A DNA stretch of 64,000 bases from assembly GCF_018350175.1 (NCBI RefSeq), contig NC_058383.1, positions 17,360,001-17,424,000 of the forward strand, in the 5' to 3' direction. The notes beneath the pieces were generated by a model, which worked only from the letters and a program-made list of their open reading frames with translations, searched no databases and was not told the origin of the DNA. Source of the stretch: Felis catus. Lineage: Eukaryota. Made by a program: the position numbers and the translations under genes. Below are positions 29,401 to 42,552 of this stretch, in pieces (the first letter of the stretch is position 1; each line of letters begins with the position of its first letter).

Positions 29401-30211
29401 AGATGGCACAAGGGTAGATGCCCAAGGTGTGGCTCTGGCGATGGTTCGTGAGGCTCCCAGCATGCTTGTATGTCTTGCCACATTGACTGCACTTGTACCG
29501 CCGTTCTTCCTCAGCAGGAGGGGACTGAGTGGGCTCCTGGCCCCCTGTGAAATTCACTACCGATTCAGCCAAATACTGTTCCAAATTGCTAAGGAGGGTG
29601 CTGGCTGGGGTGGGGAGCGGGGTGGCTCTGGTAGAATTGGTAGTGGGCCCCCAGCGCTCTGCACCCTCCTCTGAATCTGGCTGGCTTTCCCAGCCTTCTC
29701 TTTGTCGAGTGGGTGGATCTTCCCAAGTGCTCAAAGCTGCCCTGGGGTCAGGCCCAGACTCACAGCCAAAGGTCTCTTCCTCATGTTTTTTCTGGCTTGT
29801 CCAGCTTTCCCCAGGGCTGAGCCTGTGGTCCCTGGAGTCAGAGGATGCTGTCTCCCCTTGAAGATGTGGAATGACTTCCTTGGAGCGGGGAGGCCGGCGC
29901 CTACGGCGGCCCTCCGGAGCATGAGTCCTCATGTGGCTCTTGAGGGCCACAGGATTGGTAAAGTCCTTGCCACAGGTGGTACAGGGGAAAAGTCCAGTCT
30001 CGTGGGTCCGGCGGTGGTTGACCAAGCTCCCTGGGTGACGGTAGCCCCGCCCACACTGCTGACAGCGGTAGGGCCGAGGGATGCTGTCTGCCTCCTCACT
30101 GTCCTGCTTGGAAGATGGATGGAGCAGCTCGCGGTGCCGGGACAGTTCCGGAAGACTAGGAAAGTGGCGCTGACAGTCAGAGCAGCTGAGTGAGGTGGGC
30201 ACGTCCTCCAT
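23439..30211 (-). CDS. ZNF646: Zinc finger protein 646, multi-cluster C2H2 protein, 1822 aa
   Basis: Large coding exon 24865-30211 ([20 protein letters not shown]...; donor TCTG|gtacgg; acceptor just upstream of 30293) spliced in phase 1 to terminal exon 23439-23560 ([40 protein letters not shown]). Total 5469 nt. Confidence 0.95.
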
Positions 30212-31449
30212 GGGGCAGTGTGGCAGAAACCTGGAGGTTCAGGAAGAGCAGGCAGGTGGCAGCAGCATCTTCCTCTGGTGGAGGGGCCAAGGCCTAGGAA
30301 GAGGGGGTGGTGGTCAGAAGGAAGATCTGAATTAACTTTGCCTCTTGGCTCTATAAGCAGCAAGATCATCAGAGGTCACAGAAATGTTCCCCAAGCAGTA
30401 ATGCCCAGGGACTTGCTTTCTCTTGGATTTAAGGCCTCCTGCACATAAGCTCCCCAAATATGAGAGCTCCTCTAGGCCTACCTCATCCTAGAGGTATACA
30501 TAAGAAAACTAAAGTCTAGAGGGATGCAAACTACCACAGACCTACCAACCTACCTCTGTTCATCAGACCAAATCCACAAAAATCTAACCTTCTCCTCTCT
30601 ATAATTCTGGAGCAACCAACCAACCTACCTCCTGTGACATATTCAAAGGAAACCTGAAACTTTTCTAGGACCTTCAATGTGAGAAGTCTAATTCTCTCTC
30701 CTTGATCCCTCAGCTAAACAGAGTAGCCTAGAGACATTGAAAAGCAGCCTTTTTCTCCAGTTGACAGCTGAGGATGTGAGAGGTGGGGGCTTAAAGCCCT
30801 CTTCAGAGAAGGGGCTGGCCTGTTCCCTCACCTCCCCTACTCCTTTCAGGGTCACAAAGTCTCTTTTCTAAAAGACTCTCTTGGCCACTTCCTTCACCTA
30901 CTTCCCCTGAGTCCAAATCATCTTCTACCTTGGAAATTCCAACCCATTTCTGGTTGCTCTTCACCCCCTACCTTTTTTCTTTCCTACACCTCCTCACTAT
31001 ACCCTCACCATCCCTTCTTATTTTTTCTATCTTCTCTCAAAATACTTATGACAACAACGCATGCTGAGCATTACCATGTGCGGAGCACTGTGCTAAGTAA
31101 AGAACGTTCGTTGTGTCACTTAATCCTCACAACACCCTGCAGTGCCTCCTTAGTCCAGTTTACAGAGGCAAACCCACTGACTCAAGCAATTTTCTTTCCA
31201 AAGCCCTTACTCTTTCCATAGCAGGCCCCCATGTTTCCTATATCACATTGGCCTTCGCTGACTCTTGATTCTTCACTCCCATGGGATCCCTATATGTACA
31301 ACTCATATCTCCGGATCTAAAGCCCCTCCAAACCTGCTCCTCGACTTCTCAACTCACAAAGCCCCTTCGCTTGAGCCCCTTCTCCTGATCAACCACCAAC
31401 CAGGTCTTCTCGCCTCACTCATCTCCTTGGCCAATTTCCTCTCAGGACC

Positions 31450-33200
31450 CCTACCTCACTCGGGTGGCCCCTTTTCGTTCCCGCCGCGGATGAGTCCGTT
31501 GGGGACCGCGAACGGGAGCGCGCCTGCGCACTGGGACCCTCACCCTAACTGCAGCCGCGCGCCCCAAGGGGTGGCTGTGGGGGGCTCTCGCGCTCCCACA
31601 GACGCACACTCCGCCAGGGCTCCTGGGAGGTGGGAAGGGAGGGGAAAAGGGAAAGGGGAAAACGGAGAAGGAAGGAGGTAGAGGAAAGAAGGCGCAGCTG
31701 GCTCGAGCCAGGAGTCTACCCCCAGCTCCGCGGACACTTCCTATTGTTACTAGGAAACAGGAAGTGTCCTAGCCGCAAAAGGTTCCCCCCGAAACCTCTG
31801 CCTGGAGAACACTTCCTGTGCCGCCTGCAAGCAGCAGTTGTACACAGACACACTTCCGGGGCTAAGGGAGAGGTAGCTGAAACGCGACTCTGACTCCGCC
31901 CACGAGGGTCAAAATTCTGCGTTGCTTTGCATTAGTCTAAGCCACACTTCCGGCAAGAGCTGCGAAAATCATTCCGGTGCATATTGGCTGAAAGCAGAAG
32001 AGGGAAAAAAAGGGTTCTGCTGTTCTGGCCTCAGTACTTTGGCGACACTTTTCGTGGGGCTCCCTGAAAACAACTTCCCAAGACAGACGGAGGGAGCTTC
32101 ATTCACTCCTCGCTACTGAGGGAGATGTGGTGGAATATAAGTGGATTTCGGTGCTACAAAGCTTGCGCATGGCCCTTCTGTATTCCCGCCTTACAGTTCT
32201 TGGTGATCTGGCCACAAGATAGCAATAATCCGGGATATGCCGTAAACCTGTCTGGCGTCCTCTGTCGTTAGCACCCACATAGACCCCTTTCAAGATGTTG
32301 CTCCGCCACTTTCACCTGCAGTGCTCGGGTAAACTTTGCCTTCCTCCCTAGCTGGGAAAGCTCCCTCCCACTTCCGCTTTCCGGCCCCGCCTCTCCCTCC
32401 CCCTCCTCCCCCACCCCCCCGCTGGGTCCTAGCGCCTGCCCCTCCCTGGCAGTGTCCGGGCTCCGTCGGTCAGAGCAGCTGCCGCAGACGCCACGGAGCC
32501 AGCCCAAGTTCGTTGAGGTAGGAAACGTCGGCGGGAAGCCGCAGGGACGCCCCGGGCCGCCCCAGCGCAGACGCAGTCCGAGAGGCCTCAGTTTCCCTGT
32601 GGGTGCAGAGGGCGGATGGGGTTGGCCTGGCGCGAGAAGCGCGGGCGGGGCGGGAGGAGTGCGGCCCCGGGAGGGCGCAGTCGGGCTCCGGCCCAGCGGG
32701 TCCTAGAACCCGCCGGCTGTCCCCGCGGGCCGGCTGCTGTGGACTTCTGGGCTCGGCTGGCACAGCTGCCCGCCTTGCGCGGTGCGGGCCTTGGGGGTCC
32801 TAGAGCCCGCCATGTTGCGGGCTTTTGTCCCAGGCGCGCGGCCCGCCTAACAAGGTCCCCAGCGCCTGCGGCACCCCTCCCCGGCCGAGGTCCTGGCCGC
32901 CCCTCCCGCGGTCCTAGAGAACGCCATCTTGCAGGCCTTTGTCCAGCGTCCAGTCCTTGGCCCATTCATTTGTTCATTCTCTCATTCTTCGTTCGCTCCT
33001 TCTTGCCTCGTTCTCCGAGGCCCCGTTTTCCCAGCCTTCGGAGACGAGTCAGCCTAGGGTCCTGCCCTGCGGGGTTGTCTGTCTGGTGGGAGCGCCGACA
33101 GACTGTTGCAGAGAGCGAGAAGCGCCGGGTTTCTGCCGCTCTCGGCCCCTTCTCACCACGTCTCCTAGGCCCTAACGCCCTTCGAACTCGGACGAACCTC
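31450..33200. promoter_or_regulatory. ZNF646/ZNF668 bidirectional CpG-island promoter
   Basis: Head-to-head genes. ETS/GABPA-type sites: CAGGAAGT 31758-31765, ACTTCCTG 31811-31818, ACTTCCGG 31852-31859 and 31946-31953, further TTCCG sites at 32370-32384. YY1-type CGCCATnTT near 32808 and 32922. Probable ZNF668 exon-1 donor GAG|gtagga after 32517. Confidence 0.85.
31544..31760 (-). other. ZNF646: ZNF646 non-coding exon 1 (5' boundary approximate)
   Basis: Donor TAGG|gtgagg with the exon ending at 31544, within the CpG island. Confidence 0.6.
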
Positions 33201-34674
33201 AGAGACCCCATTTAACTAATGAGAAAACTGAGGCCCAGAGCACCGTGGCGCCCTTACCTCTACTGCCTTTTAAGTATTTTTGAGGGCACTGAGAAAGCAG
33301 GTATTTGAAGGATGCAAAAGAATTTTCCCATGGGAGAAGGCGAGCAAGGGCTGCTGAGGCAGAGAGAACTGCAAGTGGAGATGCATTTAGGTGAAAAAGT
33401 TTGAGAATTGAGGCTGGAGCTTAGTTCGCTGTTGGGAGGGGGACACACTGCGGCTGGAGCTGAGGCTGAAAAAGTAGGTTAGGATTAGGTTGTGAACTGA
33501 CCAGTTTGGAGGCCTAGGAGATGATTAGCTTTCACTTCTGCACAGTTCTCAGTTCCCCATCCATCATCTCACCAGATCTCAATGGCTCAAAGGCCTTACT
33601 GGCATCTACTTGTTTACACATGGGGGAGACCAAAATGCAGAGAAGAGAAAAAGCAGCTCCTTTTTTTTTTTTTTTTTTTTTTCAAACCTCATCCTTGCTC
33701 ACAGCGTCATAGCCTAAGCTGTCTGGGAATTAAATCCCTGCATCTCTGGCATTTTACAGCCTGGTCAGGCAGCAGGCCCGCATCCCCCTCCTAAGCCAGT
33801 AGTGAAGCAAAGAGAAACCTCCCTCACCAGAGCAATGAACCCACTATGGGATAATGGGGCGATTTTTGGAACTTGTGAAATTGGAAAGGCAGAGAAATTC
33901 AGTTAATAAATAGCTGCTGGCAGACATTCTCACAAACACCTACTATAGGGGAGGCAGAAGCAATAGGCCTGGGTTTGAATTCTGTCTCAGAGGTTGATTC
34001 ATTCACTTTGTTTTGGGGCACCAATCACAGTTTTAGGTGTAGAGGATATAAAATAATAAAGGTTCCTGGCTTTTTGCCAGCCTAGACTCTGGTGTTGGAG
34101 ACAGAAAGTTAACAATCAAGCTATAAAATGTGTAAGTGCTACCAAAGCAACAGTCAGGACAGAGAGCAGAAATTTGGGAGGCAGACCACTTGACTTTGAA
34201 TACTGGCTGTAACCATGACCGGTTACTTCATTTCTGTGTGCCTCAGTATCCTTGTCTGTAAAATGGGGAAAATAATACTGTTTAACTTAATCCGTCCAAG
34301 CTAACCATGACAAAAACCCCACAAGACTGAAGGGCTTAAACAACAGAAATTTATTTCTCACAGTTCTGGAGGCTGGGAAGTCCAAGATCAAGATGCTGGC
34401 CAATTCAGTTCCTGGTGAGGACTCTTTTCCTGACTTGTAGATGTCCACCTTCTTGTTATGTCCTCACATGGCTTTCTCCATACATGTGTGCATTCAGTCC
34501 ATAGGAAACTTCTAGGCAGTTGTGAGGCTTAACTTGAGTAGTACACACAAAATGCATAGAATGATACCTGGCCCATGGTAACCTTGCAAGGAATGTTATC
34601 CAGATGAGCATCGTAGGGGGAACTAAAGAGGAGGAGCAAGAATGCAGATAGCATTAAGAAAGGCGGTCAGGAGG

Positions 34675-34890
34675 AGCACCTGGGTGGCTCAGTCGGTTGA
34701 GCGTCAGACTCTTGGTTTTAGCTCAGGTCATGATCTCAGAGTTTCATGAGTTCAAGCCCCAAGTTGGGCTCTGCACTGGCAGCATGGAATCTGCTTGGGA
34801 TTCTGTCTCTCCTTCTCTCTCCACCCACCTCCCCCTGCACTCACACGGTCTCTGTCTCTCTCAGAATACATAAACTTAAAAAGAAAAAGA
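34675..34890 (+). mobile_element. Can-SINE within L2/MIR/MLT debris in ZNF668 intron 1
   Basis: gcacctgggtggctcagtcgg head; TSD-like aagaaaggcggtcagga / aagaaaggtagtcagga. Confidence 0.8.
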
Positions 34891-35459
34891 AAGGTAGTCA
34901 GGAAAGCCTTCTTTGAGGAGGTGACAGGGAGCTGAGGCCCAAATGAAATCAAAGAGATAGCTACACAATGATCCTTGGGGAATAGTGGTTCTGGCAGAGG
35001 GGACTACTAGTACAAAGGCCCTGAGGTGGGAAGGAATTTAGCTATTTTTGGAAAAGAAAGACAGCCTGTGTGAATGGAGCCTAGTGACACCATAAAATGG
35101 AGGGGAAGGTGAGGTAGGCAGGAGTTAGATCATTCAGGGCCTTGCTAGCCATGGAAAAGATACTGGTCTTTGTCTTAGGAGCAGTGGAAAGTCCCCTGAT
35201 TTGTCTCATAAACCTGAAGTAAATGAAGACTGGTAGAGAAAGAACCCAGGAGCCTGAAGACTTGGATTGAGTCTGCGCCTCTTGACTAGTTAGGTGTGCT
35301 TGTAAAGTGTTTTTCCTTACTGGGGCCTTAACCTCCGTATATGAAAAAGAGGCGTCGTAGTGCCTCTCCTAGAAGCTTTGTGAAGACCCAAGGATGCGTC
35401 TTTGCTTCTTAAGTGTTGGTTGGCATGGCCCTGAGAGGATGTTTAAAGTACAGCTTTCT

Positions 35460-35676
35460 GGGGCGCCTGGGTGGCTCAGTCGGTTAAGCAGCCGACTTCG
35501 GCTCAGGTCATGATCTCGCGGTCCGTGAGTTCGAGCCCCGCGTCAGGCTCTGAGCTGACAGCTCAGAGCCTGGAGCCTGTTTCAGATTCTGTGTCTCCCT
35601 CTCTCTGACCCTCCCCCGTTCATGCTCTGTCTCTCTCTGTCTCAAAAATAAACAAACGTTAAAAAAATAAATAAAT
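35460..35676 (+). mobile_element. Young SINEC_Fc
   Basis: Consensus-like head with CpGs intact; TSD aaagtacagctttct. Confidence 0.93.
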
Positions 35677-38474
35677 AAAGTACAGCTTTCTGAGTCCATC
35701 CTCATGCTCCCTGGATGATTATTCTCATGCAGGGGACGGGGTTCACAGACCTGACTTGGAGAAACATAACTCTAGGGAGTGATGAGTGGAAGAGTCCTCA
35801 GTGAACAATGAAGTGAGGAGTTAATGGTGGGATTTAGACGGGGGCCTAGCCCACATGGCCCTCTGCTCTTTATGGAGCGGGGCACCTGTTGGGACCAGCC
35901 TACTTCCCTACCTTTTCCCCAGGAAAGTGCTTCAGGAGGAGAGATGTATACCTCCAGCTCTCTGATTTCTGGTTCACAGGTGGGAACACTGAGGCCCAGA
36001 GCTCAGAACGCAGGGGTCAAGCCCTCTGAGAGGGAAACAGACATAAAGGGTGCTGGTTCTGGTCTCAAGGCAGTTCTACAGGGATGAGAGAAGATGAAGA
36101 TGTGGCCTGAATTCAGGGTTCTGGTCACTGTAAGGTTGGCCCAGCAGCAGACAAGTCTGGGAGGGCCCAGACGACTGATCAAGGGCCCAGCAACTCAAGG
36201 CAAGTTAAACATCTGATTCAAGTCCCAGCTGTTGAGTCTAGCTTTGTGACCATGGGCTAGTCACTAAATCCCTTGGAATCTCAGTTCATTTGTTTGTAAA
36301 ACGAGGATAAGATCTCTGTCTCAGGAAGCCGTAAGAGAACTAAATAAGGTAGCGTGCTCAGCAAAGTGTCTGGCTCTCAGAAGACTCTCAGTAATGGAGG
36401 GCATTTGTTCATATCATATCACTTCCATTCAGTCTTCATCCAACCCTGTGAGGTAAGTACTATTACCTCCATTTTTCAGATGAGAAAATTGAGGTCCTGT
36501 GGCATAAAGTAAATGTCACAAGGTCACTGCTAGGAAGTGAGTGAGGCAAGATTCAAAGCCAGGCAGTCTGGTTTCAGAGATGGGACACTTAACCACAATG
36601 CTACATTGTTTCTCTGGGCCTCCGTTCCCATATCTGTAAAAAAGGAATCTATATAATAGAACTTTTATTGCGATGTTGATGTGAAGTTTGAGTTAATATA
36701 TGTAAAGAGCTTAGGAAACTGCCTTTTATTTAGCAAGTGCTCAGTAAATGTGAGCTATCTTTTGTATTAAAGAGAAACTTTATCAGGCAGTCTGTCCAGA
36801 GATGGTCTGGAAAGCAGGTAGTGACTGCCTCATCCAGAGACAGGGAAGGATCCCCTGGGAACTGTAGGGGGAAATTCAAACCACGGAGAAGGTTGGTCCT
36901 CAAGCCCTTTAACTCACCTTGCAGCGCCAGCACTTAGTGGGAAAAGTGAAAAGAACCAAGCTGAGGGTGGAACAGAGTTGTGTGGGATTGGGGCCAAAAA
37001 CCAGAGGGGAAATGCAGGAAGAGCTTCCTGGGGGGAGTGGGGCTCAAAGGAAGGATTGGTGGGATTTGTAACAGCCAGGAAGGACCTGAGAGTTTGCGTG
37101 GTATGATGGAAGTCATGGAAAGTTATTGAGCAGGGGACAAAGTGTCACATGATACTTTATGAAGAAGCTGTCTGTGCACATAGCAGATGATGTGTGTAGG
37201 GGTGGGGACTGAGGCAGGGCCACTAGGCAGAAGGGTGCTGACTATAAAGATGCAGCCCTGGCTGGGACAGAACTTCCTCCCTGGGTCAGAACTTCAAAGC
37301 CACCAAACCCTGAGGTATACAGATGAGGAAACAGGCCTAGAAAGGAGCAGTAGAACTCAGGCTTCTTACCTCCCAGACTGGATTCTGCACACACCTGGCT
37401 CCCCTGCCCTGTCTATAGCAGCATCCTCCCTCCCCCTGGCCACCCCCAGCAGCTGCTGCTGAGCCCTTCCTAAGTGGATCTGCCCATAATCCTCTTCTTT
37501 TCATCCCCTAGGGAGGATGAGCTGGTGTTAAGACTAATGCAGCCATTAATCCTATTTCCTCCCAGCCTTGATCCCCAGGAGCAGCTGGATGGAGGGTGTC
37601 TGGGCTATGAATGAGAAAGAAGGGGGTTTATCCAGAGCAGGTGTCCCAGGAGGCCAGGCTAAATCAGATATATTGATTATACTGAGACACATGTAATTGC
37701 TAGCAATGGCTCAAGCCACCTTGAGAGTAACTGAGCTCCCCATTACCAGAGCTATGGGAGCAGGAGCTCAGCAGCAATTCCAGAGTAGAGGGTGGACCAG
37801 GATTCCTGTCTAGGGTGGAGTACCTTACAGCTGTGCAAGGCCAGAATTCTGTGTGAACAGTTGCTGCCTCTGAAAGCTAACTAACCAGAAGGGAAAGACA
37901 AAATACGTACACTGGGGACCTACTTCTTCCAGACAGACGGTGCCAATCACCAGTTAGCCCACTAGTTCTGCCTTCTTCTGAACCTACCTCTGTCTTCTCT
38001 GGGCACTTGGCAACCTTCAGGTCTGACCCACATCTACGTAGCCTCTGTGTCTGCAGGCATGCATAGGACTCTGTGTCCTGGCACAGGCCTTAGATGCTGA
38101 GCTGGAAAAGGAAGATGGTGAGATGGACGGAACTTGGGCCTTCTGGGAATGTGCAGGGTTTGGAAAAGCCCAGAGGCTGGGGAGAGAAGTGCAGGTGCAC
38201 ATTTTGATAACTCCAGACTCCTCTCTTAGACTCTCAGAGGTTACCTGGTCCAACTTCCTTCCTCAATGAACAGACAGACAGGAAACTTGAGTGCAGAGTG
38301 TTAGACCCAGGGGTGTTTGGAAAGAAGGATGTGGCCATCCCCCATGGGAAATGCTGGTAAGACAGAACTCCTCTCTGAGGCCTTGTTAAGGATAGAGGCC
38401 TTAGAGAATGGCAGAAGGATGTGGCTTGTGTCTAACTTTGCTTCTTTCCTAGAGAAGCTCCGCCCTCTGAGGCC

Positions 38475-40859
38475 ATGGAGGTGGAGTCTACGGAGGCCCG
38501 GTCATCCTCCACCCTCGGCTACAAGCGATCCGGCCGTCGCTACAAGTGCCTGTCCTGTACTAAGACATTTCCAAATGCGCCCAGGGCAGCGCGTCATGCT
38601 GCCACCCATGGTCCTGTAGACTACACAGAGGAGGTGGCAGAAACGAAGCTGAAGCCGGAGACAGAACCCAAAGCAGAGGATGCCAGCGGGGACAAGGTGT
38701 CAAGTGCATCGGCAAAGCCTCGGCCTTATGCATGCCCGCTGTGCCCCAAGGCCTATAAAACAGCACCTGAGCTGCGCAGTCACGGTCGCAGCCACACTGG
38801 TGAAAAGCCCTTCCCTTGCCCCGAGTGTGGCCGCCGCTTTATGCAACCAGTGTGCCTGCGTGTGCACCTGGCCTCACATGCTGGCGAGCTGCCCTTCCGC
38901 TGTGCTCACTGCCCCAAGGCCTATGGCGCGCTCTCCAAGCTCAAGATTCACCAGCGTGGTCACACGGGCGAGCGGCCCTATGCTTGCTCCGATTGCGGCA
39001 AGAGCTTCGCCGACCCTTCCGTGTTCCGCAAGCACCGGCGCACCCACGCGGGCCTGCGGCCCTACGGCTGCGAGCGCTGCGGCAAGGCCTACGCTGAGCT
39101 CAAGGACCTACGCAACCATGAGCGGTGAGGGTGCGGTGCTGTGGTGAGGGAGCCGGGGTTGGGAAGAACCGACCAGGGGCGGAGGAGGGAGGGATATGGC
39201 GCAACAGCGGTGGCCCTGTGACCAACGGGGCGTGGGGTTGAGGCTCAAAGAGGGAAAAGAGCCAATGGGAAGGTGAGTGGGGCTGGGCCGTGGGGAGAAG
39301 CTGGTGCCCCTGGTTGGGCAGGGGCGGGGCAGACTGTGTTGGGAGGGAGCCCTGGAGGATTCCGTTGGGATCTGATTGGCCTGGGTCCGACTGGAAAGGG
39401 GACCCGCTGGAAGTTGGGCCACCAGGAGGGTCTCTGGTGGAGGTTAGTAGGTGGGAGTGGGGTCTGGCTCTTGGTGGGGTCTTATCTGGGATCTAGACAC
39501 CTAGCCTGAAGATTCCCTACTCTGGGGTGCAGCCCTATGTACCCCCTACCCCCGGGGTGTTAGGAGCCCCTAACTCACAGCAGACAGGCAGCAGTGGTCG
39601 GGTGAGGGACCTGCCACCTTCATGACCCATCCTCCACACTCCACAGGTCCCACACCGGTGAGCGCCCCTTCCTCTGCTCGGAGTGTGGGAAGAGCTTCTC
39701 CCGCTCGTCCTCTCTCACGTGCCACCAGCGGATCCATGCGGCACAGAAGCCCTATCGCTGCCCAGCCTGTGGCAAGGGCTTCACGCAGCTCAGCTCCTAC
39801 CAGAGCCATGAGCGCACTCACTCGGGCGAGAAGCCCTTCCTGTGCCCGCGTTGTGGCCGCATGTTCTCTGACCCCTCAAGCTTCCGGCGCCACCAGCGGG
39901 CCCACGAGGGGGTAAAGCCTTATCGCTGCGAGAAGTGCGGCAAAGACTTTCGGCAGCCCGCAGACCTGGCCATGCACAGGCGGGTGCACACAGGCGACCG
40001 GCCGTTCAAGTGCCTGCAGTGTGACAAGACGTTCGTGGCGTCTTGGGACCTCAAGCGCCATGCGTTGGTCCACTCAGGCCAACGGCCTTTTCGCTGTGAG
40101 GAGTGTGGGCGAGCCTTCGCCGAGCGAGCCAGCCTTACTAAGCACAGCCGGGTGCACTCAGGTGAGCGCCCCTTCCACTGTAACGCCTGTGGAAAATCCT
40201 TCGTGGTATCGTCCAGCCTGAGGAAGCATGAGCGGACCCATCGGAGTAGTGAGGCCGCAGGGGCTCCCCCTCAACAGGAGCTGGTAGTAGGGCTGGCACT
40301 GCCTGTCAGTGTGGCAGGCGAGGGCTCAACGGCCCCGGCAGCAGGTGCAGGGCTAGGGGACCCTCCGGCAGGGCTGCTAGGGCTGCCCCCCGAATCAGGT
40401 GGTGTGATGGCCACCCAGTGGCAAGTGGTAGGCATGACGGTGGAACATGTGGAGTGCCAAGATGCTGGGGTTGGGGAGGCTCCTGGTCCCTTGGCAGGGG
40501 CGGGCGAGGTGGGAGGTGAGGAAGTTGACGAGAAGCCACCGCAGTTTGTGTGCCGGGAGTGTAAGGAGACGTTCTCCACGCTGACGCTGCTGCGACGGCA
40601 TGAGCGCTCACACCCAGAGCTCCGGCCCTTTCCCTGCACCCAGTGTGGCAAGAGCTTCTCTGACCGGGCTGGGCTGCGCAAACACAGCCGCACCCACAGC
40701 TCTGTGCGCCCCTACACCTGCCCCCACTGCCCCAAGGCCTTCTTGAGTGCGAGCGACCTGCGCAAGCATGAGCGTACCCACCCCGTTCCCATCGGAACCC
40801 CCACGCCCCTCGAGCCCCTTGTGGCTTTGCTAGGAATGCCTGAAGAGGGACCAGCGTGA
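38475..40859 (+). CDS. ZNF668: Zinc finger protein 668, C2H2 array, 2 coding exons, 620 aa
   Basis: Exons 38475-39124 (acceptor before 38453, Kozak GCCATGG, donor GAGCG|gtgagg) and 39647-40859; 1863 nt. [10 protein letters not shown]...[16 protein letters not shown]-linked fingers, ends [10 protein letters not shown]. Confidence 0.96.
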
Positions 40860-41062
40860 AGCCCATGCCCTGCCACCTCACTCCCAGGAGCCCAGGCCTC
40901 ACGGGGTGCGTCCTCAACCTCTCTTTGCCCCGGCTCACTCTTTAGACTCCAGATCCCTGCCCCACCCCCGGGCAGCTAGCTCTCCTTGCCGACAAAGAGC
41001 TGGGGACGATGGAGGTGGGCAGCAGCTATTGAGAGATGTGTGTCTCTCTCTGAGTAACACTC

Positions 41063-41068
41063 ATTAAA
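41063..41068 (+). terminator. Probable ZNF668 polyadenylation signal ATTAAA
   Basis: About 200 nt after the stop, followed by a GT-rich downstream element. Confidence 0.7.
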
Positions 41069-41439
41069 GCATTCACTTTGACACTGAGTTGTCTTCTGTG
41101 TTTTGGTTGGGTGGAAAGGGAGTGGGAGTTTGGACATCAGATAAGGTTCAGTGGAGACCCCTGGATTGACAGATAAGAAACTAGAAGGGTCTTTGGATGC
41201 ATTGTTTCCCAACATATGTTTTCAGAATGTCTTTTGAAAAAGGGTTCCCTGGTCAAGGAAGTACCAGGAATTTCCTGTGCCCTTCTTGGGGATTCTTGGT
41301 GATCAAGAGTGTACTAAAGTCATTGATAAATCCTACAATGAACATCTATTTAGCTCTGCCCATAGTTATTTCATCCTGGAAACCTTTTACTGATTAGTTC
41401 TGTCCTTTTACAGATAATACACAGAGGTCCTAAATTAGT

Positions 41440-42350
41440 CTATTTCCTGTATCTACAGTAATAAATTAGAAAAACTACTTGGGGGACAAAGAGGGACAAA
41501 CAGAACCCATAAACTACAAAAGAATAAACCTCACAAGAAATATGCAAAACCTATACGAAGAAAATGGTATCACTGTCCTGAAGGTTTTAAGACCTAACTA
41601 AATGGAGACATACCATGTACCTGCATGGAAAGACATTCTCCCTAGTCTAATCCTTAGATTCACTGTCACCCAAAAAGATTTATTAACACAACTTGAAACC
41701 CCAAAACTCCTGTAATATATTTTTAAGAACCAATGGAGGTGATGTATTTGACATACTAGATAAACACCAAAGCACTGAAGTTAAAATAGGTTATTATTGG
41801 CACAAGAATAAATCAGCCAATGGAGTTGGGGGTGGGAGGGTTTAGAAACAGCCCTATTTCTGAGAATTTAGTTTATGGTAAATATGATTATTCAAATCAG
41901 TGGGGAAAGGATGGCTGTTCAATTACAGTCCTATCCATAATCTGGAAGACTACACAACTTTTTAAAGACAAAAAAAAAAAGAAACCTCACATTTAGTATA
42001 AATTGATATAATTTGGGGGGGAGATGATTTGGGCACGTTTATTAAAAAATTCAAATGCATATACCCTTTGACTTGGCAAGCACATGTCAAAAAATTTACA
42101 CCACAGAGTTCTTTTTCCACTTCCATGGCAAAGTTGAAGACAAGAATGCTCGGTGCAACAAAATTTGTGATAACTGGGAATACCCTAAACGTCCATTAGC
42201 AAAGGACTAATTACATAAAGCTAGCCACTATAAAATATATTATGCAGCTGTTTTTAAAAAATGAGGCTTATTAACTTATTTTGTTGAAAGATATCTTGAA
42301 AATATGTCAAGTGAAAAAAATAAGGTACAAAGCAGTGTGGTTAGCATGTT
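41440..42350 (+). mobile_element. Old, degraded LINE-1 (L1M-type) fragment
   Basis: A-rich ORF2-like motifs (ctaaatggagacataccatgt; aatcagtggggaaaggatgg). Confidence 0.7.
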
Positions 42351-42359
42351 TCCATTAAG

Positions 42360-42552
42360 TTTATTTATTTATTTTTGAGACAGAGCACAAGCAAGGGAGG
42401 GGCAGAGAGAGAGGGAGACACAGAATCCAAAGAAGGCTCCAGGCTGTGAGCTGTCAGCACAGAATCTGATGCGAGGCTCAAATCCACGAGCCGTTAGATC
42501 CTGACCTGAGCCAAAGTCAGACACTTAACTGACTGAGCCACCCTGGCGCCCC
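42360..42552 (-). mobile_element. Can-SINE
   Basis: Reverse head gactgagccaccctggcgcccc. Confidence 0.85.

Noticed and set aside
25448-30193. Many long plus-strand and alternate-frame ORFs overlapping ZNF646, and likewise ZNF668
   Set aside because: Shadow ORFs expected from GC-rich coding sequence, with no independent start or splice evidence.
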